The notes under the pieces: generated by a model
What the model was told of the DNA's origin: nothing
The model's database searches: none
Seen by the model: only the letters and a program-made list of their open reading frames with translations
Made by a program: the position numbers and the translations under genes
Shown: piece by piece, positions 37,275 through 46,813 of the stretch
How the letters are laid out: every line of letters starts with the position of its first letter
Position numbering within the stretch: position 1 is the first letter of the stretch
Source: a virus
Taxonomy: Duplodnaviria; Caudoviricetes
Length of the DNA stretch: 64,000 nucleotides
Direction: 5' to 3' (one strand)
IMG/VR virus record: IMGVR_UViG_2931680285_000001
Span: 31,011 to 95,010 of that record

Positions 37275-38006
37275 TCAGGCAGCCAAGGCGAGTTCGAACG
37301 GGTCGCGGAAGGACGCGCCTGCCGTCGGAGGGCGCGGAACGATCGCGCACCTGAGGCGGGTGAGGCCACACGGGCTGCACTCATGGACGAAGGGGCCGTG
37401 TTCGTCGAGAACGCTCAGCACGCCCAGCTGAAGCAGGACGGCGTTCTCCAGGAGGTCGGCCCACGCCTCGTGGGCGCGCGCCTCCCTCGCCATACCCGTC
37501 AGGGCGTCGTGCAGGGCCTCATGGGCAGCGGCCAGCCGCTGCGCCGCGCGTTCGCGTGCATCGCCGAAGGACGGCTCGTTGCCAGAAAGGGTTCCCTGCA
37601 CTCCCCATTCGGGCGCCAGGCCGGGAACACCGTTGAACCTAGGGCGATCTTGAGCAGGGAATTCAGGCCCAACAGCCCTACGGGCCTCCATCGCCTCGGC
37701 GAGCGCCCTACCGAAGCGTCCAGCTCTGTCGATCCGATGTGCTTCCTCGCGGTGTCGCCTGGCCTGAGCTAGGAAGACCACCTGGTTGCTCTTGCCGGAC
37801 CCGGCACTCCACATGATCAAGTCGGCAGACGATCCGGTTCCCGCGCCCCAGACCCTCGGGATGACCTGCTGAACAGTGTCGATCTCATCCACGAGGACAG
37901 CCATGGCAGACGCGTAGCTCGCCTCCACCAACTGACTTCCCTCGTCTGCCGTCACGGCACGAACTCTACTCCGCGTCCCCACGGGCGCGGCCGACTTGCG
38001 CCCCAT
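37275..38006 (-). CDS. hypothetical protein (antisense insert; start uncertain)
   Basis: long open frame with helical segments and C-terminal HECSPC..C. Confidence 0.4.
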   Translation of the reverse strand: MGRKSAAPVGTRSRVRAVTADEGSQLVEASYASAMAVLVDEIDTVQQVIPRVWGAGTGSSADLIMWSAGSGKSNQVVFLAQARRHREEAHRIDRAGRFGRALAEAMEARRAVGPEFPAQDRPRFNGVPGLAPEWGVQGTLSGNEPSFGDARERAAQRLAAAHEALHDALTGMAREARAHEAWADLLENAVLLQLGVLSVLDEHGPFVHECSPCGLTRLRCAIVPRPPTAGASFRDPFELALAA

Positions 38007-38032
38007 CGCGGTCAGCATCCGCCGTGACGAGC

Positions 38033-38064
38033 ACGCGACGCTAAGCATCTGCGCTCCCCAAGGT
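38033..38064 (+). promoter_or_regulatory. bipartite promoter-like motif copy
   Basis: ACGCGACGCTAA-N14-CAAGGT. Confidence 0.7.
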
Positions 38065-38101
38065 GCCGGGCCCGACTACCGGACCCAGGGAGCAGCACCT
38101 C

Positions 38102-38686
38102 ATGGCTGGCGAGACCGCCAACAACAACCAGATCCTCATCCCGTCCCTCACCCGCGTTTGGCTCGCCCTCGTCGGCACCGCCGCGCCGGCCGACGCCACC
38201 GTGGCGATGCCCGCCGGATGGCGCGCTGTGGGTCTCACCACGGAGGATTCGCTCAAGTTCAACTCGGAGCCCAACTTCGAGCAGGTGCGCAGCGCGCAGA
38301 GCAGCTACCCGACCCGCACCTTCCAGACGCAGGACGCCTCGACGATCGAGGTGGACCTCCAGCAGTGGAGTGGTGACAACTTCCGGGCGGTGTACGGCGG
38401 CGGTGAGATCACCGAGATCACGGCCGCCGACACGAAGAAGCACTACCGCTTCACGCCGCCCAGGATCGGTGGCCGCACCGAGGTTGCCGCGTGCATCGAG
38501 GTGATCGACGGCGGCAAGCACTACCGGTACATGATTCCGCGCTCGATGCAGATGGAGGGCGTGAGCAAGGACCTCGCCAAGACGAAGGAATCGGTCCTCC
38601 CTCTCCGTCTCGCCGTGCAGGGCGGCGACGAGACCGACGCCTGGTACGTGATCACGAACGACCCCGCTTTCGCCCCGGCTGCTTGA
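38102..38686 (+). CDS. Major tail (tube) protein
   Basis: VWLALVGTAAP...W..VGLTTEDSL...VRSAQS; position. Confidence 0.8.
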   Translation: MAGETANNNQILIPSLTRVWLALVGTAAPADATVAMPAGWRAVGLTTEDSLKFNSEPNFEQVRSAQSSYPTRTFQTQDASTIEVDLQQWSGDNFRAVYGGGEITEITAADTKKHYRFTPPRIGGRTEVAACIEVIDGGKHYRYMIPRSMQMEGVSKDLAKTKESVLPLRLAVQGGDETDAWYVITNDPAFAPAA

Positions 38687-38700
38687 CCTCTCGCGGCAGC

Positions 38701-38732
38701 GCGCGACGCAAGCCAGTCCGGCTTGCCAGTGT
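38701..38732 (+). promoter_or_regulatory. bipartite promoter-like motif copy
   Basis: GCGCGACGCAAG-N14-CAGTGT. Confidence 0.65.
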
Positions 38733-38783
38733 CCGCGCGCTGCCGCACCCCGCGACTCAGCACGCACACGAGAGGCCCGCACC

Positions 38784-39302
38784 ATGTCCTTCGTCATCGA
38801 CCTCGACGCCGCCGCGCGCCGCGAGGCCAAGCACCCGCACGGCATCCCGGTCGTGTTCGGCGGCGAGCAGTTCCTGTACCCGGCCGAACTGCCGGCGAAG
38901 GCCCTCGACCCGCTCCTCGCCGACGAGCTCGACCTCGTCGGTCTGCTGCGCGACATCTTCGACGCGAGCGAGAACCCGACCGCCGCCACCATCATCGACC
39001 TCCTGTTCAAGCGCTCGCGGCTGCCGCGCCAGTTCGTCGAGGCGATCTACCAGGTGCACCGAACCCTGCTGGGCGCGGAGCAGTACGCGCGGTTCGAGGA
39101 TCTGAACCCGTCGGTCGCCACGTACGTCCGCGTCACCGTCGCCCTCGTCAAGGTGTACGGCCTGGACCTGGGAAAGTCCTTCGGGCTGGTCAGCTCCTCC
39201 GAGACCGATGGGGAGACGTCGAGTCCGACCTCGCACGCTTCTACCGCATCGATGCCCGCGGAATCTGGCGCGAGCCCGGAGAACCCGGCTTCCTCGGACT
39301 GA
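38784..39302 (+). CDS. Tail assembly chaperone (gpG-like)
   Basis: between tail tube and tape measure genes; contains slippery site. Confidence 0.8.
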   Translation: MSFVIDLDAAARREAKHPHGIPVVFGGEQFLYPAELPAKALDPLLADELDLVGLLRDIFDASENPTAATIIDLLFKRSRLPRQFVEAIYQVHRTLLGAEQYARFEDLNPSVATYVRVTVALVKVYGLDLGKSFGLVSSSETDGETSSPTSHASTASMPAESGASPENPASSD

Positions 39303-39592
39303 GGCGCCTGACCGTCCTGGTCGACGGCCTCCCCGAGGACTCCCGCACCCGATCCGGCCCGATCGACGGCTGGACCAAGGAGACCGAACTCCTCGCGCAG
39401 CTGATCGAAGAGGTCAGCATCCTGGCGGCCGACCGGCGACGAGCAGAGCCGACGTCCATCCCTCGCCCGTACAACCCTGCCGACACCGCCTCGAAGCGGG
39501 CCGGCAGCCCGCCGCAGCAGTCCTCCCCGGGCACGGGGCACAAGACGATGCTCGCGGCGGCGATGCAGAGAGGTATGGTCCGCAGTGCCTGA
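39170..39592 (+). CDS. Tail assembly chaperone -1 frameshift extension (gpGT-like; full CDS 38784-39592)
   Basis: G GGA AAG at 39170-39176; -1 frame reads LLRDRWGDVESDLARFYRID...LPEDSRT...W. Confidence 0.8.
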   Translation, partial: GKVLRAGQLLRDRWGDVESDLARFYRIDARGIWREPGEPGFLGLRRLTVLVDGLPEDSRTRSGPIDGWTKETELLAQLIEEVSILAADRRRAEPTSIPRPYNPADTASKRAGSPPQQSSPGTGHKTMLAAAMQRGMVRSA

Positions 39593-42500
39593 GGGCCTTC
39601 AGGCTGGCCGCCTGGACGTGCCGGTCGTCGCCGACCTCAACGGCTTCGCCCGCACGCTGCGCAGAAAGGTCGAGGCCGCCGCCGAAGGCTTGGCCGTCAA
39701 GGTCAAGATCAAGGTCGACGCCAAGCACCTCCGCAGGAAGCTCGACGACGCCGTCAAGGAGGCGTCGAAGGGGCTCTCCGCGAAGGTCAAGGTCAAGCTC
39801 GACGACCGGCGGCTTCGCGCCGAGCTGGACACCATCGTCCAGCAGGTCGGCGACACCGACGTCCGCGTCCCGGTCACCGCCGACGACGAAGCGGACGGCG
39901 GGCGTCGGGGCGGCCTGCTGGACCGAATCCGCGCGCTGATCCAGGGTGCGCAAGGGGAGGCCGACCGCACCCCGGTCGACGTACCGGTCCAGATGCGGAT
40001 GCCGCGTGGCCGGGGTTCACTGCGGACGCTGCTCTTCGGCTCCCTCCTTTCCGTCGCTCAGCCCGCAGTGGCCGCGCTGGGCCAGTACGCGGCGGGACTG
40101 ACCGCGCTGGTCTCGGCCGCCGCGCCGGCCGTCGGCGTCCTTGGGGCACTCCCCGGCCTCATCACCGCAACCGGCACAGCGGCTATCGGCACGGTGGTGG
40201 CCTTCAAGGGCTTTGGGGAGGCCCTGAAGCAGACCTTCAAGGCCCAGCAGCAGGCAGCGGCCGACGGCAAGGTCACCGAGGCCCAGCAGAAGGCCCTGGA
40301 GCAGGCTCTCGACGGCTTGTCGGGCTCCGCCCGCAAGTCAGTCTCAGCCGTCGCGTCCCTGAGCGGCGCTTGGCGCGAAATGCGCCAATCAGTGCAGGAA
40401 CGTTTCTTCTCGCAGATCTCGGACGAGATCAAGCCCCTGTCGAGCTCGGTGCTCCCACTGCTGAAGTCCGCGCTCGGCGACAGCGCAGGGCAGATGGGCA
40501 ACCTGGCCAAGCGCGGTGCCGAGTTCATGCAGTCGGGTCCGTTCCGCGCCGACTTCAAGAAGATCGCCTCAAGCAACAGCACCGTGGTCGGCCACATGGC
40601 CGACAGCCTCGCGAACCTCGGCCGCGCCGGCGTCGACCTCCTCGTCACCGCGGGTCCGCTCACCGAGTGGGTGGGCGACGGCATCGAGTCGCTGACCGCG
40701 CACGCGCGAGCGTCCGTTCAGGCCGGTCGCGAGACAGGGGCGCTGGCACGCTTCTTCGACAACGCGCGGGAGAAGTCGGCACAGCTCGGCCGCTCGACCT
40801 GGAACCTGGTCAAGGGCCTGGGCGGCGTCGGCAGGGCCGCGCAGGACACCGGCAACGCTCTCCTCGATGGCTTCGAGGGCACCACCCTGCGCTTCAGGAG
40901 GTGGGCGAACTCGGCCAAGGGCCAGCTGTCGATGAAGCAGTTCTTCAGCGACGCCGCCCCCACGTTCCACGAACTCAACCGCCTGGTCGCCGACTTCGTA
41001 CGGGGCCTGGGGCGCGCCGCGAAGGACAACGGCGTCACGGACCTCATCCGGCAGATCCGTGTCGAGCTGATGCCGGCCCTGGGCACCTTCTTCGACTCGC
41101 TCGGCCAGTCGATCGGGCCCGCAGTGATCAGCCTGGTCTCGAACCTGGCCACCGCGATCGGGAACTTGTCGTCCGCCGGGACTGGCCTCGGCGTTCTCCT
41201 CATGGCCTTCAACGGCCTGCTCCACGCATTCAATGCGCTCACCGATGCCTTCCCCCTGCTGAACACGGGCCTCGCCGTCCTCCTGGGCACGGTGCTCGCG
41301 CTCAAGGTCATCTCCGGTGTCACGAGCATGCTGAGAGGTTTCGGCACGTCCGTCCTGGCGGCCGCGCAGTCCGCTGCTTCGCTGGGCACGGTCATGCGAG
41401 GGACGCCCGGTGCTGTCGGGCCGTCGGTGACCTTGTGGCAGCGGATGGGAGCCGCGTACCGCACCGCCTCCGCCGACGGCGGTCGCCTGACCGGAACGCT
41501 GCGCGGCATCGGCGCGGCGAACCGGGTCGCCTCCACCGCCATCGGCGGCATGACCTCCGCACTCGGCGGCCCCCTCGGCATCGCGATAGCCGGTGTGACG
41601 ATCGGGCTTGGACTGCTCGCGGCGAAGCAGGAGGCCGCTGCCCGTGCGGCAGCCGCGCACGAAGAGCGGATCAGCTCCCTGGCGCAGGCCCTCGCGGACT
41701 CCAACGGCCAGATCGACGCGAACGTCCGCGCTCAGGCGGCGCAGTACCTCCAGGACGTGAAGCTGTCCGACGGCAAGGGCAAGCTCGTCGACACCCTCCG
41801 CTCGGCCGACGTCACCCTCAAGCAGGTCACCGACGCCTACCTCGACCAGGGCGGCTCGATCGAGGGCCTGGAGACGAAGCTGCGCGGCCTGGCCAAGGAG
41901 ACCGAGCACTACGTGTCGATGGGTCCCAAGGCCGACGTCCTGAAGATGACCCCCCAGGGCGAGAGGTACCAGGCCGCGGCCGACGCCCTGAAGGGCATGA
42001 GCGGTGAACTGGACAAGTCGAAGGCCAAGGCCAAGGAACTGAACGAAGCCGTCAACGGGACGGCGAGCACCGGTTCATCCGCCTACGACAGGCTCCAGTC
42101 CGCCGTCCAGGGCTACAGCGACAAGACGAAGAGCGCCGACGAGCGCACCGCCAGCCTGCGCCGCGCGCTCGACGCCCTCAACGGCAACGCGCAGAGCTTC
42201 CACGACGCCTCCGCGCAGCTCAACTCGGTGATGCTCCAGATCGACGAGACGATGAAGGGCAACATCGACCGCGCCGAAGGGTGGGGCGCGGCCCTCGTCG
42301 ACAACGACGGTCTGGTGAACACCAGCACCCGCAACGGTCAGACCCTCAACTCCCAGCTCACCGAACTGCGCGACTCGATGCTCGCCGTCGCAACCCGCGC
42401 TCAGGAGGCGTCCGAGCAGGGCATGATGCCCATGTCCGAGGCGATGGACAAGAGCCAGGCAGCCATGGAGCGCGCCCGCGCCAAGGCCATCCAGCTCGCT

Positions 42501-43625
42501 ATGGACATGAACGTCCCCGAGGCTCAGGCGAAGGCCCTCGCGGACCAGATGGGTCTGGTGCCCGAGACCATCACCACGCTGATGACCACCAAGGGCATCC
42601 CGGAGTCCACCGCTCAGATCCTCGGGCTGCGCTCGAAGCTCGAAAGCCTCGGTGCCGGCAAGTCGATCACGGTCAAGGCGCCGACCGCGGAGGCCCGTAA
42701 GCAGCTCGAACTCCTTGGGTTCTCCGTGCAGAACATGCCTGGCGGGAAGAACGTGCGGATCACCGCACCGACGAAGGGCGCCCGTGCCGACATCGGGGCG
42801 CTGGCCACGGACATCGCGAACGCCCCGAACAGGAAGAACGTGACGGTCAACGCGATCATCACGAAGGCGACCGGCGACCTCACCGCGATCCGGAACAAGG
42901 TCGCCGAACTGCCGCCCGGCAAGAAGCTGGTGATGGAGGCACCGACCGCGACGGCACAGCAGATGATCAAGGACCTGGGGTTCAAGGTCCGGGACCTCAA
43001 GGGCAAGAAGGTCGAGATCAGCGCGCCCACGGGGTCGGCGGTCTCGAACGTCGAGGCTATCCAGCGGAAGATCAACAGCCTCACCGGCAAGACGGTGAAC
43101 GTGACCGTGAAGTATTCGACGATGGGCAAGCCGTACGTCTCCGAGCACGCGGACGGCGGGATCGTGAAGTACGCCAACGGCGGCATCCGGCTGCTCGGTA
43201 ACCGCATCAAGGCGTTCTCGAACGGCAGCGAACGGCACGTCGCGCAGATCGCTCGCGCGGGCGAGATGCGGCTATGGGCGGAGCCGGAGACTTACCCCGG
43301 CGAGGCGTACATCCCCCTGGCGCCGTCGAAGCGAAAGCGCTCGGAAGAGATCTTGGGCACGGTGGCCGGGTACTTCGGCGGCACGGTGGTCTACCCCGGT
43401 CGGAACACCCAGCAGTTCGCGGACGGCGCGGTGCGGCTCCACCAGTCCGCCCGGCCCGCTCCCGCCGCTCGCGCCACGTCCTCCGCCGGCCCCGCACCTG
43501 CGCTCGTCGGCGGAGACCTGAACCTGACCATGACGAACGGGGCCACCACCCCGGGAGAGGCGCTGAACGACGCGCTCTTCGAGCTGCGCCGGATCAGGCG
43601 AGGAGGTGCGTATGCCTCCGGCTGA
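39585..43625 (+). CDS. Tape measure protein
   Basis: 1346 aa Ala/Gly/Leu-rich helical; C-terminal ADGG...WAEPET..EAYIPL. Confidence 0.9.
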   Translation: MPEGLQAGRLDVPVVADLNGFARTLRRKVEAAAEGLAVKVKIKVDAKHLRRKLDDAVKEASKGLSAKVKVKLDDRRLRAELDTIVQQVGDTDVRVPVTADDEADGGRRGGLLDRIRALIQGAQGEADRTPVDVPVQMRMPRGRGSLRTLLFGSLLSVAQPAVAALGQYAAGLTALVSAAAPAVGVLGALPGLITATGTAAIGTVVAFKGFGEALKQTFKAQQQAAADGKVTEAQQKALEQALDGLSGSARKSVSAVASLSGAWREMRQSVQERFFSQISDEIKPLSSSVLPLLKSALGDSAGQMGNLAKRGAEFMQSGPFRADFKKIASSNSTVVGHMADSLANLGRAGVDLLVTAGPLTEWVGDGIESLTAHARASVQAGRETGALARFFDNAREKSAQLGRSTWNLVKGLGGVGRAAQDTGNALLDGFEGTTLRFRRWANSAKGQLSMKQFFSDAAPTFHELNRLVADFVRGLGRAAKDNGVTDLIRQIRVELMPALGTFFDSLGQSIGPAVISLVSNLATAIGNLSSAGTGLGVLLMAFNGLLHAFNALTDAFPLLNTGLAVLLGTVLALKVISGVTSMLRGFGTSVLAAAQSAASLGTVMRGTPGAVGPSVTLWQRMGAAYRTASADGGRLTGTLRGIGAANRVASTAIGGMTSALGGPLGIAIAGVTIGLGLLAAKQEAAARAAAAHEERISSLAQALADSNGQIDANVRAQAAQYLQDVKLSDGKGKLVDTLRSADVTLKQVTDAYLDQGGSIEGLETKLRGLAKETEHYVSMGPKADVLKMTPQGERYQAAADALKGMSGELDKSKAKAKELNEAVNGTASTGSSAYDRLQSAVQGYSDKTKSADERTASLRRALDALNGNAQSFHDASAQLNSVMLQIDETMKGNIDRAEGWGAALVDNDGLVNTSTRNGQTLNSQLTELRDSMLAVATRAQEASEQGMMPMSEAMDKSQAAMERARAKAIQLAMDMNVPEAQAKALADQMGLVPETITTLMTTKGIPESTAQILGLRSKLESLGAGKSITVKAPTAEARKQLELLGFSVQNMPGGKNVRITAPTKGARADIGALATDIANAPNRKNVTVNAIITKATGDLTAIRNKVAELPPGKKLVMEAPTATAQQMIKDLGFKVRDLKGKKVEISAPTGSAVSNVEAIQRKINSLTGKTVNVTVKYSTMGKPYVSEHADGGIVKYANGGIRLLGNRIKAFSNGSERHVAQIARAGEMRLWAEPETYPGEAYIPLAPSKRKRSEEILGTVAGYFGGTVVYPGRNTQQFADGAVRLHQSARPAPAARATSSAGPAPALVGGDLNLTMTNGATTPGEALNDALFELRRIRRGGAYASG

Positions 43626-44553
43626 GGGCGAGTGGACCCTGTCGTACGGAGGGAACGGGATCATGCCGGGGGCGACGCTCACGTTCGGCTCGCTCCGTAC
43701 GGGGTACTACCTGCTGGACGAGGTCGACATCGCCTACGGCGACATCGACTCCGGGGACGTGCCGATGCCGCGACAGGACGGCGTCCGCTTCGGTCTCGAC
43801 TACCGGCCCGGCGCCACTCTGACGTTCGAGATCGGTGTCGACGCCGTAGACCGGGCCAGCACCCGCCTGGGCCGCCACGGCGCCGTGCTCGACCGTGTAT
43901 CCCTGCTCGCACAGGCATGGGACGCCGAGGCCGTACGCTCCCGCTTCGCGACTCCGGCCGTGCTCTCGACGACGCAGGGCGGGCGCTCGCGCAGGTTCTT
44001 CGGCAGGCCCCGGAAGTTCGCCCCGGCGGCCTCCCGACTGACCCGGCAGGGCTATACCCCGGTCGTCGCGAGCTTCGTGTCCGTGGACGGGATCGCGTAC
44101 GACGACGTCGAGCAGGTAGCCCGGGTCGACCTCAACCCTGCGCCGCACCGCGGCCTGGCCGGCCCGCTCACGACGCCGCTCACGATGACGGGGACGGCGT
44201 CGAGTCGCACGCCGGGCGAGATCGTGTTGGGCGGCAACCGCCCGACCTGGCCGGTGATCACGATCCGGGGTCCGATCAGCCAGCCCGTGGTCGAGGTCAT
44301 CGGCCGATGGAAGCTCGGCCTGAACCTGGCCCTCGGGGCCGGTGAGTACGTCGTCATCGATCCTCGCCCGTGGGCGCGCACGGCTCTGCGCAACGGTGGC
44401 GCCTCGGTTGCCGGAGCGATCACCCGGGGTTCACCGCTCATGCCGCAGATGCGCCTGCCCCCGGGGCGTCTGGACATCGTGCTGCGCGGCGCGGACGCCA
44501 CCGGCACCGCGCACATGACGGTCGCGTGGCGCAACGCCTTCTCGTACATGTAG
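43612..44553 (+). CDS. distal tail / minor tail protein
   Basis: follows tape measure; GNRPTWPVITIRGPISQP, LPPG. Confidence 0.75.
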   Translation: MPPAEGEWTLSYGGNGIMPGATLTFGSLRTGYYLLDEVDIAYGDIDSGDVPMPRQDGVRFGLDYRPGATLTFEIGVDAVDRASTRLGRHGAVLDRVSLLAQAWDAEAVRSRFATPAVLSTTQGGRSRRFFGRPRKFAPAASRLTRQGYTPVVASFVSVDGIAYDDVEQVARVDLNPAPHRGLAGPLTTPLTMTGTASSRTPGEIVLGGNRPTWPVITIRGPISQPVVEVIGRWKLGLNLALGAGEYVVIDPRPWARTALRNGGASVAGAITRGSPLMPQMRLPPGRLDIVLRGADATGTAHMTVAWRNAFSYM

Positions 44554-44567
44554 GCGGCGCATCGAGC

Positions 44568-44599
44568 CCGCGACACAAGGGGGCCGTCGCGAACACCGT
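44568..44599 (+). promoter_or_regulatory. bipartite promoter-like motif copy
   Basis: CCGCGACACAAG-N14-CACCGT. Confidence 0.65.
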
Positions 44600-44639
44600 C
44601 TGCCCCTGAACGTAAGCAACATGATCAGGGAGGTAGACG

Positions 44640-45617
44640 GTGGCGTGGGATTCCGTGCCGTGGTTCACCGAAGGCGGCGCCGAGCACTCCAGCGAAGTGG
44701 CTAGGCTGCTGGCCTACGCCGCATTCGCCGGCGGGGAGGGCATCGTCGGTTCGGGTGACCTTCAGGTCCGGGCGCTCTCGTCGCCCGCGGCTGCGGTGAA
44801 CGTCTACCCGGGGGCGTGCGCGATCCTAAACAGGGCGCCGGGCGGCCGGTATCAGGCGTACGCCGCGCGTCTCCCGAGCGCGGACCAGGTGCCGGTTGCC
44901 GCGACCGGCGCAGCCAAACGCTCCGATCTGGTGGTGGCCCGGATCGAGAACCCGTATTCGGCCGGAGAGACGTGGCCGCTGCCCGGAGACCCAACGGTCG
45001 GCCCGTACATCTACACCCGGATCGTCTCGAACGTTCCAGCGACGACCACGAGCGTCCGGCAAGTCCGTCCCAACGACTCGTCGATCACCCTCGCTCGCAT
45101 CGACATCCCCGCGAACACGTCCTCCATCACCCAGGCGATGATCAAGGACCTGCGCGAGATGGTGGCTCCCCGCGCTCGGCGACGTCTCTACACGTCCTCG
45201 CCGAGCGGAGACCAGAACTGGGCCGGCAACAGCAAGGGACAGTGGGTCGCGTGGCCGCCGGCCGCCCGCTGGACGGTCGAGGTGCCGCCCTGGGCGACGA
45301 AAGCCCGGATCATGCTCACGGTCGCGGGGGTGCAGGTGATGCGCGGCGGCGTATGGGGCTCGTCGGCGTGGAAGCTCGGCTCGCTCCAGGGCGAGTCGGT
45401 CACGCTCGACACCGGCGCCGGAGACGGCTCCCAGCGCATCCACCTGATCTCGGCTGACACCATCTCCATCCCCTCGTCCATGAGGGGAACGGTCCAGACC
45501 CTGTCCGGGATGATCTCGCTCGACGACGACAACGCTGGCGTCTTGCAGGCCGACGTCGCCACGACCTGTGTGCTCGACGTCGACTGGGCGGAGGACCCGA
45601 CCGAGGACGAAACCTGA
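44640..45617 (+). CDS. minor tail protein
   Basis: RSDLVVARIENP, LARIDIPANTSSITQAMIKDLR pattern seen in actinophage minor tail proteins. Confidence 0.75.
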   Translation: MAWDSVPWFTEGGAEHSSEVARLLAYAAFAGGEGIVGSGDLQVRALSSPAAAVNVYPGACAILNRAPGGRYQAYAARLPSADQVPVAATGAAKRSDLVVARIENPYSAGETWPLPGDPTVGPYIYTRIVSNVPATTTSVRQVRPNDSSITLARIDIPANTSSITQAMIKDLREMVAPRARRRLYTSSPSGDQNWAGNSKGQWVAWPPAARWTVEVPPWATKARIMLTVAGVQVMRGGVWGSSAWKLGSLQGESVTLDTGAGDGSQRIHLISADTISIPSSMRGTVQTLSGMISLDDDNAGVLQADVATTCVLDVDWAEDPTEDET

Positions 45618-46813
45618 TGGCCTGGCGGTACATCGCGCAGCGCGCGCTGCCGGAGGCGATCCTCGACTGGGATGTGCCCCTCAGCCTGTCCTCGAACCCG
45701 AGGAGAGAGCTGTCCGGCCCCGGTTCGCTCACCGGCACCATCGAGCCGGAGTACGCCCGAATGCGAGGTGCGGACGGGCAGCCGATCCTCCAGGAATGGG
45801 CGACGAAGCTGTACCTCGAAGTCGACGGGCATATCCGCTGGGGCGGCATCGTCACGAAGACGAGCTACGAAGGCTCGAAGGCAACCATCCAGGCCGAAGG
45901 GCTGTCCTGCTACCCGCACGGCATCCCGTACGAGAGCTACATGATCTCCGGGCAGCTCATCACCCCGAAAGACCCTTTTGCCGGAAAAGATAAAAACCAT
46001 GACGGCTGGGTCGACGGCAAGAAAGGAACCCAACGCGTTCCTCCGCCACCAAAGCCCTATGGCGGTCCGCGAATTGACGCATTCGACGCCTTCCGGAACA
46101 TCTGGGCGCACGTCCAAAGCCGCCCGTACGGGAACATCGGCCTCACCATCGACCAGCACGACCACGGCGAGAAACTCGGTGCCGCAGACGGAAGTTCACC
46201 GTGGGAGCTGGCGTGGTGGGACAACCCCGACTGCGGCTCCACGCTCGACACCCTCACTCGCACCATCCCCTTTGACTGGCGCGAGGACCATTCCTGGGCC
46301 ACCTCGGACGGCAACGAGATCTCACACCGCCTCCGCCTCGGCCGACCCCGCCTCGGCGGGAAGCGGCACGACCTGCGGTTCGCCGGCGACGAGAACATAG
46401 TCGCCATCGCCCGGCCGGAAGGCATGGGAGACGACTACGCCAACGAAGTCGTAGTCCTAGGCCGCGGTGAGGGTCGCAAGATGGCCCGCGCGCAGATCGC
46501 GCGTTTCGACGGACGACTCCGCCGAGTCACCACGGTCACCGACAAGACGCTGGTCTCCCCCACCGCGCTCCGCCGACGGGGCGAACTGGAGCTTGCTGGA
46601 CGGACAAAGGCCCTTCAGATTCCGTCCATCCAGATCGTCGACCACCCCAACGCGAGGTTCGGCTCCTGGGCACTCGGTGACGACATCCGCGTGCAGGTCC
46701 ACGTCCCCTGGGTCGGTGACCTCGACGTCTGGCACCGGATCGTCGCCGACGAGATCAGCGCCGACGGCACCGTCACCTTGACCCTCCGCCGTTCCGACTC
46801 CTTCCACTACTGA
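45617..46813 (+). CDS. minor tail / hub protein (Gp37-like)
   Basis: LSGPGSL, IRWGGIV, YANEVVVLGRGEG, LGDDIRV. Confidence 0.75.
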   Translation: MAWRYIAQRALPEAILDWDVPLSLSSNPRRELSGPGSLTGTIEPEYARMRGADGQPILQEWATKLYLEVDGHIRWGGIVTKTSYEGSKATIQAEGLSCYPHGIPYESYMISGQLITPKDPFAGKDKNHDGWVDGKKGTQRVPPPPKPYGGPRIDAFDAFRNIWAHVQSRPYGNIGLTIDQHDHGEKLGAADGSSPWELAWWDNPDCGSTLDTLTRTIPFDWREDHSWATSDGNEISHRLRLGRPRLGGKRHDLRFAGDENIVAIARPEGMGDDYANEVVVLGRGEGRKMARAQIARFDGRLRRVTTVTDKTLVSPTALRRRGELELAGRTKALQIPSIQIVDHPNARFGSWALGDDIRVQVHVPWVGDLDVWHRIVADEISADGTVTLTLRRSDSFHY

